From contig CANQWX010000007.1 of the NCBI GenBank assembly GCA_947627665.1, forward strand, positions 16,845-80,844: a stretch of 64,000 nucleotides of DNA, read 5' to 3'. The translations under genes and the position numbers were made by a program. The notes beneath the pieces are model-generated. The model did not search any database and was not told the DNA's origin. It saw only the letters and a program-made list of their open reading frames with translations. The DNA is from an uncultured Clostridia bacterium. GTDB lineage: Bacteria; Bacillota; Clostridia; Christensenellales; Borkfalkiaceae. Below are positions 1 through 10,245 of the stretch, one piece after another (the first letter of the stretch is position 1; the number at the start of each line of letters is the position of its first letter).

Positions 1-275
1 ACATCACGACGGGCATTGCGGTCGCGCAGGCGCGCGGGGTGATGCTGCTCACCTGCAACAAGCGCTGCGGGAGGATCTTCGAGTATACGCCCAACCAGAT
101 CAAGCAGGCGCTCACGGGGTACGGCGCCGCGGACAAGGGGCAGATGCAGCGGGTGGTGGCGAGCCATCTCCGCCTTCCCGGGATCCCCCGTCCCGACGAT
201 GCGGCGGACGCTCTCGCGGTGGCGCTCTGCCATGCCTTTACCAGTCGTTTTTCCGCCCTCTTCGGCATACGGTAG
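1..275 (+). CDS. ruvC: Crossover junction endodeoxyribonuclease RuvC, C-terminal part (5' end lies outside the window)
   Basis: The frame is open from the window edge. The tail ...[17 protein letters not shown]...[16 protein letters not shown] matches the conserved RuvC C-terminus. ruvA-ruvB follow immediately. Confidence 0.85.
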   Translation, partial: ITTGIAVAQARGVMLLTCNKRCGRIFEYTPNQIKQALTGYGAADKGQMQRVVASHLRLPGIPRPDDAADALAVALCHAFTSRFSALFGIR

Positions 276-314
276 AGAGCAGACCTCGGTATCAACACAA
301 AAGCGTGGAAGAAT

Positions 315-917
315 ATGATCGGTTATCTGAAAGGAAAAGTAAAATATTTGGACCCCGGGTTCGTTCTTCTGGAGGTCAACGGCGTCGGCTACGAAGTCGT
401 CTGTTCGGGCGCGGCTTTTTCGCGCCTTTCGGGCCTCGCTTCGGATGAGGACGGCGAAGTCTACACCTATATGCGGGTGAGCGAGGACGGCGTCATGCTC
501 TTCGGCTTCGCCGATCTGAGGGAAAAGGCGCTCTTTTTGAAGCTGACTTCCGTGCAGGGCGTGGGCGCCAAAATGGCGATGGGGATCTTGTCGTCGATGC
601 GGCCGAGCGAGGTCTCCGAAACGGTCGCCACGGCGGACAGCAAGCGGCTTTCCGCGGTGAAGGGGGTCGGCAAAAAGACGGCGGAGCGCATCATCTTGGA
701 ATTGCACGGCAAAATTTCCGCGGACGAGCTTCTCGGACGGGAGGACGCGGCGGGCAGGGCTTCCTCTGTTCCGAAAGGGGAGGACGACGACGCCGTTTCC
801 GCGCTCATGCGGATGGGCTTCGGCAAGCAGGAGAGCGCCCGCGCCGTGGAACGCGCCAGAGCTGCGGGTGCGGTCACGGCGGAAGAGATCATCTCCCTCG
901 CCCTCAGGGGGATGTAA
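315..917 (+). CDS. ruvA: Holliday junction branch migration complex subunit RuvA
   Basis: 200 aa. N-terminal MIGYLKGKV...VNGVGYEV and the HhH region LxSVxGVGxKxA / AVKGVGKKTAERI are typical of RuvA. It sits between ruvC and ruvB. Confidence 0.92.
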   Translation: MIGYLKGKVKYLDPGFVLLEVNGVGYEVVCSGAAFSRLSGLASDEDGEVYTYMRVSEDGVMLFGFADLREKALFLKLTSVQGVGAKMAMGILSSMRPSEVSETVATADSKRLSAVKGVGKKTAERIILELHGKISADELLGREDAAGRASSVPKGEDDDAVSALMRMGFGKQESARAVERARAAGAVTAEEIISLALRGM

Positions 918-938
918 GAAACGCAGCGGGAGAAAGTT

Positions 939-1982
939 ATGTTTGATGACGAATTCGGGGAAGAGCGGCTGGTCACGAGCACGAAGAGCGACTACGACGC
1001 GGAAGAAAACGTTCTGCGCCCCAAGACGATGGAGGAATACGTCGGGCAGGACAAGATCAAGGAGAACCTCTCGGTATACATGTCCGCCGCCAAGGCGCGG
1101 GGAGAGGCGCTCGACCATGTTCTGCTGTATGGTCCTCCCGGCTTGGGGAAGACCACGCTCGCCCACATCATTGCCAATACGATGGGGTCCCAGATCAAGC
1201 TGACGAGCGGCCCCGCCATCGAGCGGCAGGGGGACCTCGCCGCCATTCTATCCAATCTCAACGAGGGCGACGTGCTGTTCATCGACGAGATCCACCGCCT
1301 CAACCACACGGTGGAGGAAACGCTCTATTCGGCGATGGAGGACTTCGCGCTCGACATCATCGTCGGCAAGGGGCCGATGGCGCGCAATATCCGCCTGCCT
1401 TTGAAGCGGTTCACCCTCATCGGCGCCACCACCCGCGCGGGCATGCTCTCCTCGCCTTTGCGCGACCGTTTCGGCATTCTGTGCCGTTTGGAGATGTATA
1501 CGCCCGCGGAACTGCAAAAGATCGTCGTCCGCTCGGCGCGCACGCTCGGCATCTCGGTGGAGGAGAAGGGCAGCTACGAGATCGCCCGCCGTTCCCGCGG
1601 GACCCCCCGTATCGCCAACCGTCTTTTGAAGCGCGTACGCGATTTTTCGGCGGTGTCGGGGAGCACCTCCGTCACCGAGGAAACGGCGCGGAATGCGCTT
1701 TCCCGCCTCGAGATCGACGAACTCGGCTTGGACGAAACAGACCGCAATCTTCTGCGCGCCCTCATCGAACGGTTCAACGGCGGCCCTGCGGGGCTTGACA
1801 CATTGGCGGCCACCGTCAACGAGGACGTCAATACCATCGAGGACGTCTATGAACCCTATCTGTTGCAGCTCGGCTTTATCGCGCGCACGCCGCGCGGCAG
1901 GGTCTGCCTGAAAGGCGGGTATGAACATTTGGGGATCGCCATGCCCGAATCCGTGCGCAAACAGCTCTCGGTATTCGACTGA
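939..1982 (+). CDS. ruvB: Holliday junction DNA helicase RuvB
   Basis: 347 aa. [12 protein letters not shown], Walker [10 protein letters not shown], Walker [10 protein letters not shown], and [11 protein letters not shown] are all present. A GGGAGA RBS lies upstream. Confidence 0.96.
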   Translation: MFDDEFGEERLVTSTKSDYDAEENVLRPKTMEEYVGQDKIKENLSVYMSAAKARGEALDHVLLYGPPGLGKTTLAHIIANTMGSQIKLTSGPAIERQGDLAAILSNLNEGDVLFIDEIHRLNHTVEETLYSAMEDFALDIIVGKGPMARNIRLPLKRFTLIGATTRAGMLSSPLRDRFGILCRLEMYTPAELQKIVVRSARTLGISVEEKGSYEIARRSRGTPRIANRLLKRVRDFSAVSGSTSVTEETARNALSRLEIDELGLDETDRNLLRALIERFNGGPAGLDTLAATVNEDVNTIEDVYEPYLLQLGFIARTPRGRVCLKGGYEHLGIAMPESVRKQLSVFD

Positions 1983-2011
1983 TTCGGGTCGCCGCTCCCT
2001 TGTTCTCCCTT

Positions 2012-2054
2012 CCCCGCCCCGCCCCCGCGCGATCGCGCAGGGGCGGGGCGGGGG
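2012..2054 (+). terminator. GC-rich hairpin downstream of ruvB (ccccgccccgcccc...ggggcggggcgggg)
   Basis: A near-perfect inverted repeat is read directly. No clear U-tract follows, so terminator function is uncertain. Confidence 0.35.
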
Positions 2055-2067
2055 CATTCCGAAAACC

Positions 2068-3087
2068 ATGAAAACATCCGATTTTTACTACGATCTACCC
2101 GAAGAGCTGATCGCTCAGACGCCCGCAGAGCCGCGCGATTCGTCGCGGCTTTTGGTGTATCGGCGGGACACAAAGACGATCGAGCACAGGGTATTCCGCG
2201 ACCTCACGGACTACTTGAAGGCGGGGGACGTGCTCGTCGTCAACCGCACCAAAGTGCTTCCCGCGCGGCTCTATGCCCACACCGTCAACGGCGGCGCGGT
2301 GGAGGTGCTTCTCCTGAAGCGCTTACAGCTCGACGAATGGGAAGTTCTCGTCCGCCCCGGCAAGAAGTGCCGCCCCGGCACCAAGCTCACGGTGAACGAA
2401 GAGCTTTCTTTGCAAGTGCTCTCCGTCACGGAAACGGGGGAACGGGTCGTCAAATTTACTTACGCGGGCGCGTTCGAGGACGTCTTGTCCCGCGCGGGCA
2501 CCATGCCCCTGCCGCCCTATATCCACGAAAAGCTCAAGGACCCCGACCGCTACCAAACGGTATATTGCAAGGAGAACGGCTCGGCGGCGGCGCCCACGGC
2601 GGGCCTGCATTTTACGGAGGAACTTTTAAGCAAGCTCCGCGGAATGGGGGTGGAGCTTGCGGAGGTGCTGCTGCACGTCGGGCTTGGCACGTTCCGCCCC
2701 GTCAAGGTGGAAAACGTCGAAGAGCACGTCATGCACAGCGAGTACTATGAGGTGAGCGAGGCGGCGGCGGAAACGATCAACCGCGCCAAGCGGGAGGGGA
2801 GGCGGATCGTCGCCGTCGGAACGACTTCCGTTCGCACGCTCGAAACGGTCGCCCGCGACGACGGCACGGTACAAGCGGGCAAGGGCAACACGCAGATCTT
2901 CCTCTATCCGCCCTATCAAATGAAGTGCGTCGACGCGCTCATCACCAATTTCCACCTGCCCGAGAGCACTCTCTTGATGCTCGTCAGCTGTCTTTGCTCC
3001 CGCGAGGAAGTGCTGCACATCTATGAGGTGGCGGTGGGGGAGAGGTATCGGTTTTTCTCTTTCGGCGACGCGTGCTTGTTCTTATAA
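2068..3087 (+). CDS. queA: S-adenosylmethionine:tRNA ribosyltransferase-isomerase QueA
   Basis: MKTSDFYYDLPEELIAQTPAEPRDSSRLL is the canonical QueA N-terminus. I placed the start at the internal ATG 2068, because the track ORF from 1921 overlaps ruvB and the hairpin. Confidence 0.92.
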   Translation: MKTSDFYYDLPEELIAQTPAEPRDSSRLLVYRRDTKTIEHRVFRDLTDYLKAGDVLVVNRTKVLPARLYAHTVNGGAVEVLLLKRLQLDEWEVLVRPGKKCRPGTKLTVNEELSLQVLSVTETGERVVKFTYAGAFEDVLSRAGTMPLPPYIHEKLKDPDRYQTVYCKENGSAAAPTAGLHFTEELLSKLRGMGVELAEVLLHVGLGTFRPVKVENVEEHVMHSEYYEVSEAAAETINRAKREGRRIVAVGTTSVRTLETVARDDGTVQAGKGNTQIFLYPPYQMKCVDALITNFHLPESTLLMLVSCLCSREEVLHIYEVAVGERYRFFSFGDACLFL

Positions 3088-3209
3088 ACTTCGCAATACG
3101 GTGTCGAGCTTGCGTTTTCCCTCGGTCATTTACCTCATAGTAAACTCCCGTCGGGAAATCCGCGCTCTCCTTGTCTTGCTCGTTCATAGAAAGAGGCTGG
3201 GTTCGGCGA

Positions 3210-3299
3210 CATCTTTTCTTCTGTCATTTCGAGCGCAGCCGAGAAATCTCACCGCATCTTTTCTTCTGTCATTTCGAGCGCAGCCGAGAAATCTCACCG
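3210..3299. repeat. Perfect tandem duplication (2 x 45 bp) of the module catcttttcttctgtcatttcgagcgcagccgagaaatctcaccg
   Basis: Both copies (3210-3254 and 3255-3299) were read base by base. The same gtcatttcgagcg...gagaaatctc module recurs at 7957, 32468, 37310, 38728, 40541(-) and 58265. Confidence 0.9.
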
Positions 3300-3302
3300 C
3301 AT

Positions 3303-3343
3303 AAATAAAAAGCCGCGGCGGCAAGATCGCCGCCGCGGCTTTG
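3303..3343 (-). terminator. Intrinsic terminator for the minus-strand esterase operon
   Basis: agccgcggcgg / ccgccgcggct forms the stem. On the minus strand it is followed by TTTTTATTTAT, directly after the stop at 3356. Confidence 0.7.
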
Positions 3344-3355
3344 CGCCTTGGTTTC

Positions 3356-4465
3356 TTATAAGATCTCGTTGAGATATGCGAGCAACGCTTCGCTCTGCTG
3401 TTTCGCGCCCTCCAAGGAGGGATGGCTGTCCGCGCCCTTGGTGTCGGTGGGCAGCCGCAAATAGGTGATCGTGGGATCGTTCTGCTGCGCGATGGCGTCT
3501 TGGATCCCGTTTTCGACCGCAGAATTCAAGAACATCATGCCGTACACGCATACGATCTTGGCTTGGGGGTTCTTGGAGCGGATGAGGTCGAGCAGTGCGC
3601 CGTAGTCTTGGGCGAACACTTCCCGCGTATAGGAGCTGTCGCGGCCCATGTAGGAGCCGTCGTTGGTGCCGAGCGCGACCACCACGAGGTCGTGGCTCTC
3701 TTCGGGATAGGAATATTTCCCCGTCGTCACGGAGGAGAGCTGTTCATACATATCCATCATGCTGAAAGGCAGTACAAATTCCTTTTTCACGCAGATGCCC
3801 TCGGTCGCCACAATGGAGTAATCGGCGTCGAGCGCCTGCGCGGTGAGGTAGGCATAGCACTTTGCGGCGTCGGAGTTATCCACGGTGCAGCCCTTTCCCG
3901 TCGTATCGCCGAAGATCCCCGCGCCCACGGTGATGGAATCTCCCACGAATTCGACGCGCAGGCGGTCTTTTTTCGCGGGACGGAGGAACTTCCCGTCCGT
4001 GGTCAGTTTGGATACTCTTATCACGCCGTTCTGCGAGCTGATGGACTTGACGAGGCGCACGGTGTGCACGCCCTCTTCCAGGTTCTTCGCCAGAACGTAG
4101 GGGCGGTTGCCCGTCAGTTTCCGTATGGTCCCTTCGGTATCCCCGTCCACGAACGCGCGGTAATAGAGGTACTCGGTCATCGGCACGAGTTCCGCCTCCA
4201 GACGGGTGCCGTAAAAGGTCACTTCGAACCCCGTCGCCCCGTTGTCGAGGCAGAGCATTTTTTGCTGCATGTACGTTCTGCCGAACAGCCGCAGGGCGTC
4301 GGTATCAAAGGTATTGATCTCTTCGGCGGATACGACTTCCATGCCCTCCACGGTTTCGGTTTCCTGGGGTTCGGGGGGCGGATCGTCCTTCTTGTCGTCG
4401 CAGGCTGCAAACAGCGCGGCGCAGGAGAGCAGAAGCGCAAGCGTTACGGTCAACAGTTTTTTCAT
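3356..4465 (-). CDS. SGNH/GDSL hydrolase lipoprotein (carbohydrate esterase CE2-like: N-terminal beta-sandwich plus SGNH domain)
   Basis: Signal peptide with lipobox LLSCAALFAAC. It carries the GDS motif FVGDSITVGAG, LGTNDG, and a C-terminal DSHPS catalytic block. An AGGAGG RBS is present. Confidence 0.75.
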   Translation of the reverse strand: MKKLLTVTLALLLSCAALFAACDDKKDDPPPEPQETETVEGMEVVSAEEINTFDTDALRLFGRTYMQQKMLCLDNGATGFEVTFYGTRLEAELVPMTEYLYYRAFVDGDTEGTIRKLTGNRPYVLAKNLEEGVHTVRLVKSISSQNGVIRVSKLTTDGKFLRPAKKDRLRVEFVGDSITVGAGIFGDTTGKGCTVDNSDAAKCYAYLTAQALDADYSIVATEGICVKKEFVLPFSMMDMYEQLSSVTTGKYSYPEESHDLVVVALGTNDGSYMGRDSSYTREVFAQDYGALLDLIRSKNPQAKIVCVYGMMFLNSAVENGIQDAIAQQNDPTITYLRLPTDTKGADSHPSLEGAKQQSEALLAYLNEIL

Positions 4466-4474
4466 ATTTCCTCC

Positions 4475-5908
4475 TTATTGCAAGAGCGAGCGGATATGCT
4501 CGGCGAGTTTATCCGCGGTGTCCCGGTGTGCGGCGGCGTTGGGGTGCTTGCCCGCGCCCGCCTCGTTGGGCTTCATCTGCATGTTGGTGATCTTTTCGTC
4601 CCTCGTGTCCGCGATCGCCGCGGTAATGATCTGTTTGGTCTGCGCGGTGGCGGAGGCGGGCATCATGCCGTATATGCAGACGATGTACGCGTTCGGCCGC
4701 TTTTCGCGGATGAGCCGCAGCATGTCTGCATAGTCCTTTTGGAAGAGCTGGACGCTGTAATTGGGGAAGTCGGGAGAAGTTGCGTGCCACATGTCGTTTT
4801 CGCCGAGGGCAAGCACCACGACGTCGGGGTCGAAGGAGGAGAAGTCGTATTCCGTACTGCTGCCGAAGCCGACCTTCGTGTACCTGTCGTACATGTTGGT
4901 GGCGCTGTCCTTGACGCAGATGCCCTGAAGGGCGATCACGGAGAAGTCGGCGTTCAGGCTTTGGGCGGTGAGATAGGGGTACGCCTTGGCGGCGTTCGAA
5001 TTGCGCAGGTCGATCTTGTCCTCCCCCGCGCCCGTTGCGCCGAATCCCTCGGTGATGGAGTCGCCGATGAATTCGATCTTGAAGTCGGGCTTTGCAGGCG
5101 CCTTCAACAGCGTGCCGTCCGTTTTCACCGCTTCCTCGGTAAGTTCGAGGTTCCCGCCTGCGGGACTGCACGCCTTGATGAGCCGCACGGTATGTGCGCC
5201 CTCTTCAAGTCCTTCGGCGACGTTTAAGACCGCGGGTTTGCGCGAGGTGGCGGTAAATTCGAAAGTCGCGCCCTCCGTATCGCCGTCCGTAAAGACGGCC
5301 ACCATGCCGGTCCCGAGGCGGAAGGTCACCGAGAGGCTCGTGCCGTAAAAGGCGGCTTCGAATCCCGTGCAAACGTTGTCGAGTTCGAGGCGCTCCTTTT
5401 TGAAATACGTCCTGCCGAAGAGATTCACGCTCTCCTCGTCAAAGGCGTTCACGCTCTCCGCGGTCGCCTCGCCGAGCACTTCCACCGCCGCCGTGTCCGT
5501 CACAGGCACCCCCGACGCGGGGGTATAGGTCGCCGTCAGCGTGGTTTTGCCTTCGGAGAGGGCGGTCAGTTTGCCGTCCGTCAAGGAGGCAACGGACGTG
5601 TCCGCAAGAGAATATGTAATTTCCCCGTCGAACGGCTCGCCGTTCCGCGTGAGCGTGGCGGCTGCGTCCGCCCCTTTCGCGCCTTCTACGGCCGCAAGCA
5701 GATACCGCTCTTTTGCAAAGGACAGGACAAAGCTCTCTTCGGTCCCCTTGTCGGGTTCCTTGTCCGGCTCTTTGTCGGGTCCTTTGTCGGGTTCTTGCAG
5801 TTCCGGCCCGTCGTCGGGTTCGGGCATCAGCAAGTCGCAGCCCGTCATAAAGGGGACGATCATCATTCCCGCGGCAAGCAGCAACGCGAAGGATCTCTTT
5901 TTGAACAT
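4475..5908 (-). CDS. SGNH/GDSL hydrolase lipoprotein with an N-terminal Ig-like (Big_2-type) domain
   Basis: The start was moved to internal ATG 5908 (MFKKRSFALLLAAGMMIVPFMTGC, lipobox, AGGAG RBS). A PEPD/KEPD linker is followed by an Ig-like segment, then FIGDSITEGFG, LGENDM and GKHPN. It is a paralogue of the downstream gene. Confidence 0.75.
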   Translation of the reverse strand: MFKKRSFALLLAAGMMIVPFMTGCDLLMPEPDDGPELQEPDKGPDKEPDKEPDKGTEESFVLSFAKERYLLAAVEGAKGADAAATLTRNGEPFDGEITYSLADTSVASLTDGKLTALSEGKTTLTATYTPASGVPVTDTAAVEVLGEATAESVNAFDEESVNLFGRTYFKKERLELDNVCTGFEAAFYGTSLSVTFRLGTGMVAVFTDGDTEGATFEFTATSRKPAVLNVAEGLEEGAHTVRLIKACSPAGGNLELTEEAVKTDGTLLKAPAKPDFKIEFIGDSITEGFGATGAGEDKIDLRNSNAAKAYPYLTAQSLNADFSVIALQGICVKDSATNMYDRYTKVGFGSSTEYDFSSFDPDVVVLALGENDMWHATSPDFPNYSVQLFQKDYADMLRLIREKRPNAYIVCIYGMMPASATAQTKQIITAAIADTRDEKITNMQMKPNEAGAGKHPNAAAHRDTADKLAEHIRSLLQ

Positions 5909-6031
5909 ACAACGGCTCCTTTGTCGTTTTTGTTTCATTGTAACGCAAAACGTGCGGTTTGTCAATGTAAAAGGAAAAAAATTTTCATCATTTTTTCCGA
6001 AATTGCTTGACTTTTTCAAAAAATTATATAA

Positions 6032-7216
<1,185 letters not shown>

Positions 7217-7310
7217 AATTTTCGCAAAACGGAAAAAATTTCCCGAAAACGCTTGCCAAAAGTGCAAAAACAAAGTATCATGAAAGCAAGGAAAAAAGGA
7301 GATGATTTCG

Positions 7311-7826
7311 ATGAATTTCTGGAAATTGTTGGCGGAGAACGCAACGGATACGGCGACCAACGCAAATCCGTGGCAGTCTTATATGATCTATATTTTGCTC
7401 GGCGTCATTCTGGTGCTCCTCGTTGTCTGGCTGCTCTTCTCGGGCAGAAAGAACAAGCAGCGCCAGAAGGAATATGTCGAACAGCTCGACGCGATCGCCC
7501 CCGGCAACAAGGTAAAGACGGCGGGCGGCATCTGCGGCGTCGTGGTAGAGGTCTGCGACGACAACACCGTCATCCTCGAAACGGGCAGCGAGCTGTCGGG
7601 CAAGTCCTACATCAAGATGGATAAGGAACTCATCGCGCAGACGGACGCAAAGGGTCCCACGCAGATCGCGCGCGAGCAGGCGGAAGCCGCGCGGAAAGCC
7701 GAGAAAGAGGCGAAGGCCGCAGGGAAGAAGGCGGAAGAAACGCCTCCCGCGGAGGAAACGGCACAACAGCCCGAAGAAACTCCCGAAGAAAAGACGGAGC
7801 CTGCGGAAACAGGATCAAAAGAATAA
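7311..7826 (+). CDS. yajC: Preprotein translocase subunit YajC with a long K/E/A-rich C-terminal tail
   Basis: It has a single TM segment, then the YajC core KNKQRQKEYVEQLDAIAPGNKVKTAGGICGVVVEV. I prefer ATG 7311 (9 nt after AAAGGAG). ATG 7302 is an alternative. Confidence 0.85.
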   Translation: MNFWKLLAENATDTATNANPWQSYMIYILLGVILVLLVVWLLFSGRKNKQRQKEYVEQLDAIAPGNKVKTAGGICGVVVEVCDDNTVILETGSELSGKSYIKMDKELIAQTDAKGPTQIAREQAEAARKAEKEAKAAGKKAEETPPAEETAQQPEETPEEKTEPAETGSKE

Positions 7827-8120
7827 CAGGAAAGAGCTTTCCTTCGGGAAGGCTTTTTTTGTGCCCCTTTTTTTGCGGGAAGCTCTTTTTTGTGCTACCC
7901 GTCTTTGCGGGAAACTCTTTTTTTGTGCCTCTGTCCTTTCGGCCCTCCTTATTATTTTGTCATTTCGAGCGAAGCCGAGAAATCCCACCTTATTCCAATG
8001 CGTTATCGTTTTTGCTTTCCCGCTAACTTTTCGCGTGCCGCCTTTCGGCAATAGGATACGTGCGTTCATAAATCTTCCCTTTCCCGCATACCGTAGAACA
8101 AAAAACGTTTCGAGGTATGT

Positions 8121-8492
8121 ATGCAAGCGTTCAAAAAAGCAGTGGGGGAATGCGGCCTTGCGGCGCTCCTCTCCGCGGCGTTTTCCCTGTTCGGAGCGGC
8201 GCTGTTTGCGGTCTTTGTCCGCGCCTACGCTCCGTCCGATACGACGATCGCGGTCGTAGACCGCCTCATTCTCGCCGCGGGCGTGTTCCTCTTTTGCCTG
8301 CTTCTGATCCACCGCGGGAGGGCGCTGTTCAAGGGCGCGGCGGCGGGCGTGCTTTCCCTTGCCGTCACCACCCTCATCTTCGGCTGCATCGGCGGCTTTC
8401 ATTTTACGGCGCTGTTTCTCGCCGATCTCCTTCTCTGCGCGGCTTTCGGGGGTCTGGGCGCCCTTTTGGGTGTAAAAATAAGGAAAGAATAG
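8121..8492 (+). CDS. Small integral membrane protein (4 predicted TM segments; resembles the TIGR04086-type protein usually found between yajC and SCIFF)
   Basis: 123 aa and very hydrophobic. Its position between yajC and scfA matches the arrangement I recall for Clostridia. Family assignment is from memory only. Confidence 0.55.
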   Translation: MQAFKKAVGECGLAALLSAAFSLFGAALFAVFVRAYAPSDTTIAVVDRLILAAGVFLFCLLLIHRGRALFKGAAAGVLSLAVTTLIFGCIGGFHFTALFLADLLLCAAFGGLGALLGVKIRKE

Positions 8493-8555
8493 GAAAAAAC
8501 AGTTGCTATTTTCCGCGCGGCGATGTATAATGGAAAAAAACATCGGGAGATTATT

Positions 8556-8708
8556 ATGATCAAGACGATTGCAAGACCCGCGGAAAAGAAGGTCACCGGC
8601 TGCGGCGAGTGCAGAAGCACCTGCCAGTCCGCCTGCAAGACGAGCTGCACGGTGGGGAACCAATCCTGCGAGCGCGTCACGAGAGAGCAAAAGATCGAAA
8701 AGAAGTGA
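8556..8708 (+). CDS. scfA: Six-cysteine ranthipeptide precursor SCIFF
   Basis: MIKTIARPAEKKVTGCGECRSTCQSACKTSCTVGNQSCE carries the diagnostic GCGEC-x-(S/T)-CQSACKTSCTV-x-NQ-x-C signature. A GGGAGA RBS precedes ATG 8556. Confidence 0.93.
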   Translation: MIKTIARPAEKKVTGCGECRSTCQSACKTSCTVGNQSCERVTREQKIEKK

Positions 8709-8828
8709 TACAAAATCTCACAGTGCGTTCGGGGAGCAGCGGCAACGTTGCTCCCTCAATTCCGTTATCGGCATTTTCGCGCGCTTTCCCGCAGAGAAGC
8801 GGCGCCGCGCGGCGGGCGGGGGACTTCC

Positions 8829-10124
8829 ATGTTGCATATTTTTACATATCACGATCATTTCTATGTCTACGACACGGGCAGCGGCTCTCTGCATGAGTGC
8901 GACGAAAAGACGGCGCGCCATTTCAGGGGAGAGCCTGTGGAGATGACGGACGAAGAGCTTGCCGGGATCGCGCAGCTCGAAGCGGATGGGCTTCTCAACA
9001 AGGAAGAGCCAAAGGCCTACCCCATGAAGAGCCGCGAAGTAAAGGCGCTCTGCCTGCATGTTTCCCACGATTGCAACCTGCGCTGCCAATATTGTTTTGC
9101 GGACGAGGGGGCGTATCACTCCGTGCGCGAGGTGATGTCCTTTGAAACGGCGAAGGCGGCGATCGATTTCCTCATCCGCGAGAGCGGGTCGAGAAAGGTG
9201 CTCGAAGCCGACTTCTTCGGCGGCGAACCGCTCATGAACCTCGACGTCGTCAAGCGGACGGTGTACTACGCCAAGGAGGTGGCGGCAAAACGCGGCAAGC
9301 GCTTTCTCTTCACCACCACGACCAACGGGCTGCTCCTCGACGATGAAACGATCGCGTTTTTCAACGAGGAGATGGAGAACGTCGTTCTCTCCCTCGACGG
9401 CAGGCCTGAGGTCCACGACGCGGTGCGCAAGACGGTCTCGGGCAAGGGCAGCTACGCGGCGGTCATCGAAAAGATCAAAAAATTCGTGCGCTCGCGCGGG
9501 GACAAGCATTACTATGTGCGCGGTACGTTCACGGCGAAGAACCTCGACTTTTCCAAGGACGTCCTGTTCCTGGCCGATCAGGGGTTTGATTCCATCTCGA
9601 TGGAACCCGTCGTGACGGACATCCCCGGGTTGCAGATCAAAGAGGAGCATCTTCCCGCCATCGAAAAGGAATACGAGCGGCTGTGCGACGAGTATATCGC
9701 CCGCGAGGAGAGGGGAGAGGGATTTCACTTCTTCCATTTCAACATCGACCTCGAGGGCGGACCCTGTCTTTCCAAGCGGGTGTCCGCGTGCGGCGCGGGG
9801 AATGAGTACTTTTCCGTCGTGCCGAACGGCGACATCTACCCCTGCCACCAATTCGCGGGGGACAAAAAGTGGCTCATGGGCAACGTGTTCGAGGGCAAGC
9901 TGGACGCCGCGATCCGCGAAAAATTCGCCTCGAGCTGTCTGTTCACGCGCAAAAAGTGCGGCGATTGCTTTGCGAAGTTCATCTGTTCGGGCGGCTGCAA
10001 CGCCAACAATTATCACTATTGCGGCGATATCGACACCCCGTACGAAATGACCTGCGCCATGATGAAAAAGCGCGTCGAGTGCGCCATGCACGTTCTCGCG
10101 GCGCGCAAATCCCGAGAAAATTAA
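8829..10124 (+). CDS. scfB: Radical SAM/SPASM thioether-forming SCIFF maturase
   Basis: CNLRCQYCFA (CxxxCxxC) is present, with a C-terminal Cys-rich SPASM region (CGAGNEY...CxxCxxxxxCxGGC). It lies directly downstream of scfA. The start was set at ATG 8829 (MLHIFTYHDHFYVYD). Confidence 0.92.
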   Translation: MLHIFTYHDHFYVYDTGSGSLHECDEKTARHFRGEPVEMTDEELAGIAQLEADGLLNKEEPKAYPMKSREVKALCLHVSHDCNLRCQYCFADEGAYHSVREVMSFETAKAAIDFLIRESGSRKVLEADFFGGEPLMNLDVVKRTVYYAKEVAAKRGKRFLFTTTTNGLLLDDETIAFFNEEMENVVLSLDGRPEVHDAVRKTVSGKGSYAAVIEKIKKFVRSRGDKHYYVRGTFTAKNLDFSKDVLFLADQGFDSISMEPVVTDIPGLQIKEEHLPAIEKEYERLCDEYIAREERGEGFHFFHFNIDLEGGPCLSKRVSACGAGNEYFSVVPNGDIYPCHQFAGDKKWLMGNVFEGKLDAAIREKFASSCLFTRKKCGDCFAKFICSGGCNANNYHYCGDIDTPYEMTCAMMKKRVECAMHVLAARKSREN

Positions 10125-10154
10125 CAAAAAATCAAAAATGCGGCTCATTTCGGC

Positions 10155-10183
10155 TTGACTGAAAAACGCAAATTATATATAAT
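10155..10183 (+). promoter_or_regulatory. Sigma-70-type promoter for secDF (TTGACT-17 bp-TATAAT)
   Basis: Consensus-like hexamers with exact 17 bp spacing, about 60 bp upstream of the secD start. Confidence 0.6.
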
Positions 10184-10245
10184 GAGAAAAGACGAATTTT
10201 CCGAAAGGCAATTTCACGGAAGATTTCTTTGTACAGGAGGCAGCA

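Noticed and set aside
1921-2067. 49-aa N-terminal extension of QueA
   Set aside because: It overlaps the ruvB 3' end and the GC hairpin. The conserved QueA N-terminus MKTSDFYYDLPEELIA starts at 2068.
3422-5227. 601-aa plus-strand ORF. Similar long ORFs lie antisense to real genes at 8718-10148(-), 10303-11805(-), 12445-14418(-), 14638-16191(-), 20733-22577(-), 25925-28567(-), 42415-43659(+), 52509-54230(-) and 54872-56047(-).
   Set aside because: These are shadow ORFs typical of GC-rich DNA. Each lies opposite a gene with unmistakable conserved motifs. They have Arg/Gly/Ala/His-rich, low-complexity composition. They lack RBSs and recognisable domains.
8523-8555. Longer SCIFF precursor starting at ATG 8523 (61 aa)
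   Set aside because: The GGGAGA RBS sits 5 nt before ATG 8556. The resulting 50-aa peptide matches the usual SCIFF leader length. The 8523 start has no RBS.
7815-8690. 291-aa minus-strand ORF spanning the yajC-scfA interval
   Set aside because: It is antisense to the hydrophobic 123-aa membrane-protein gene and to repeat DNA. Its composition is extremely Arg/Lys/Ala-rich, and it has no RBS or domain.
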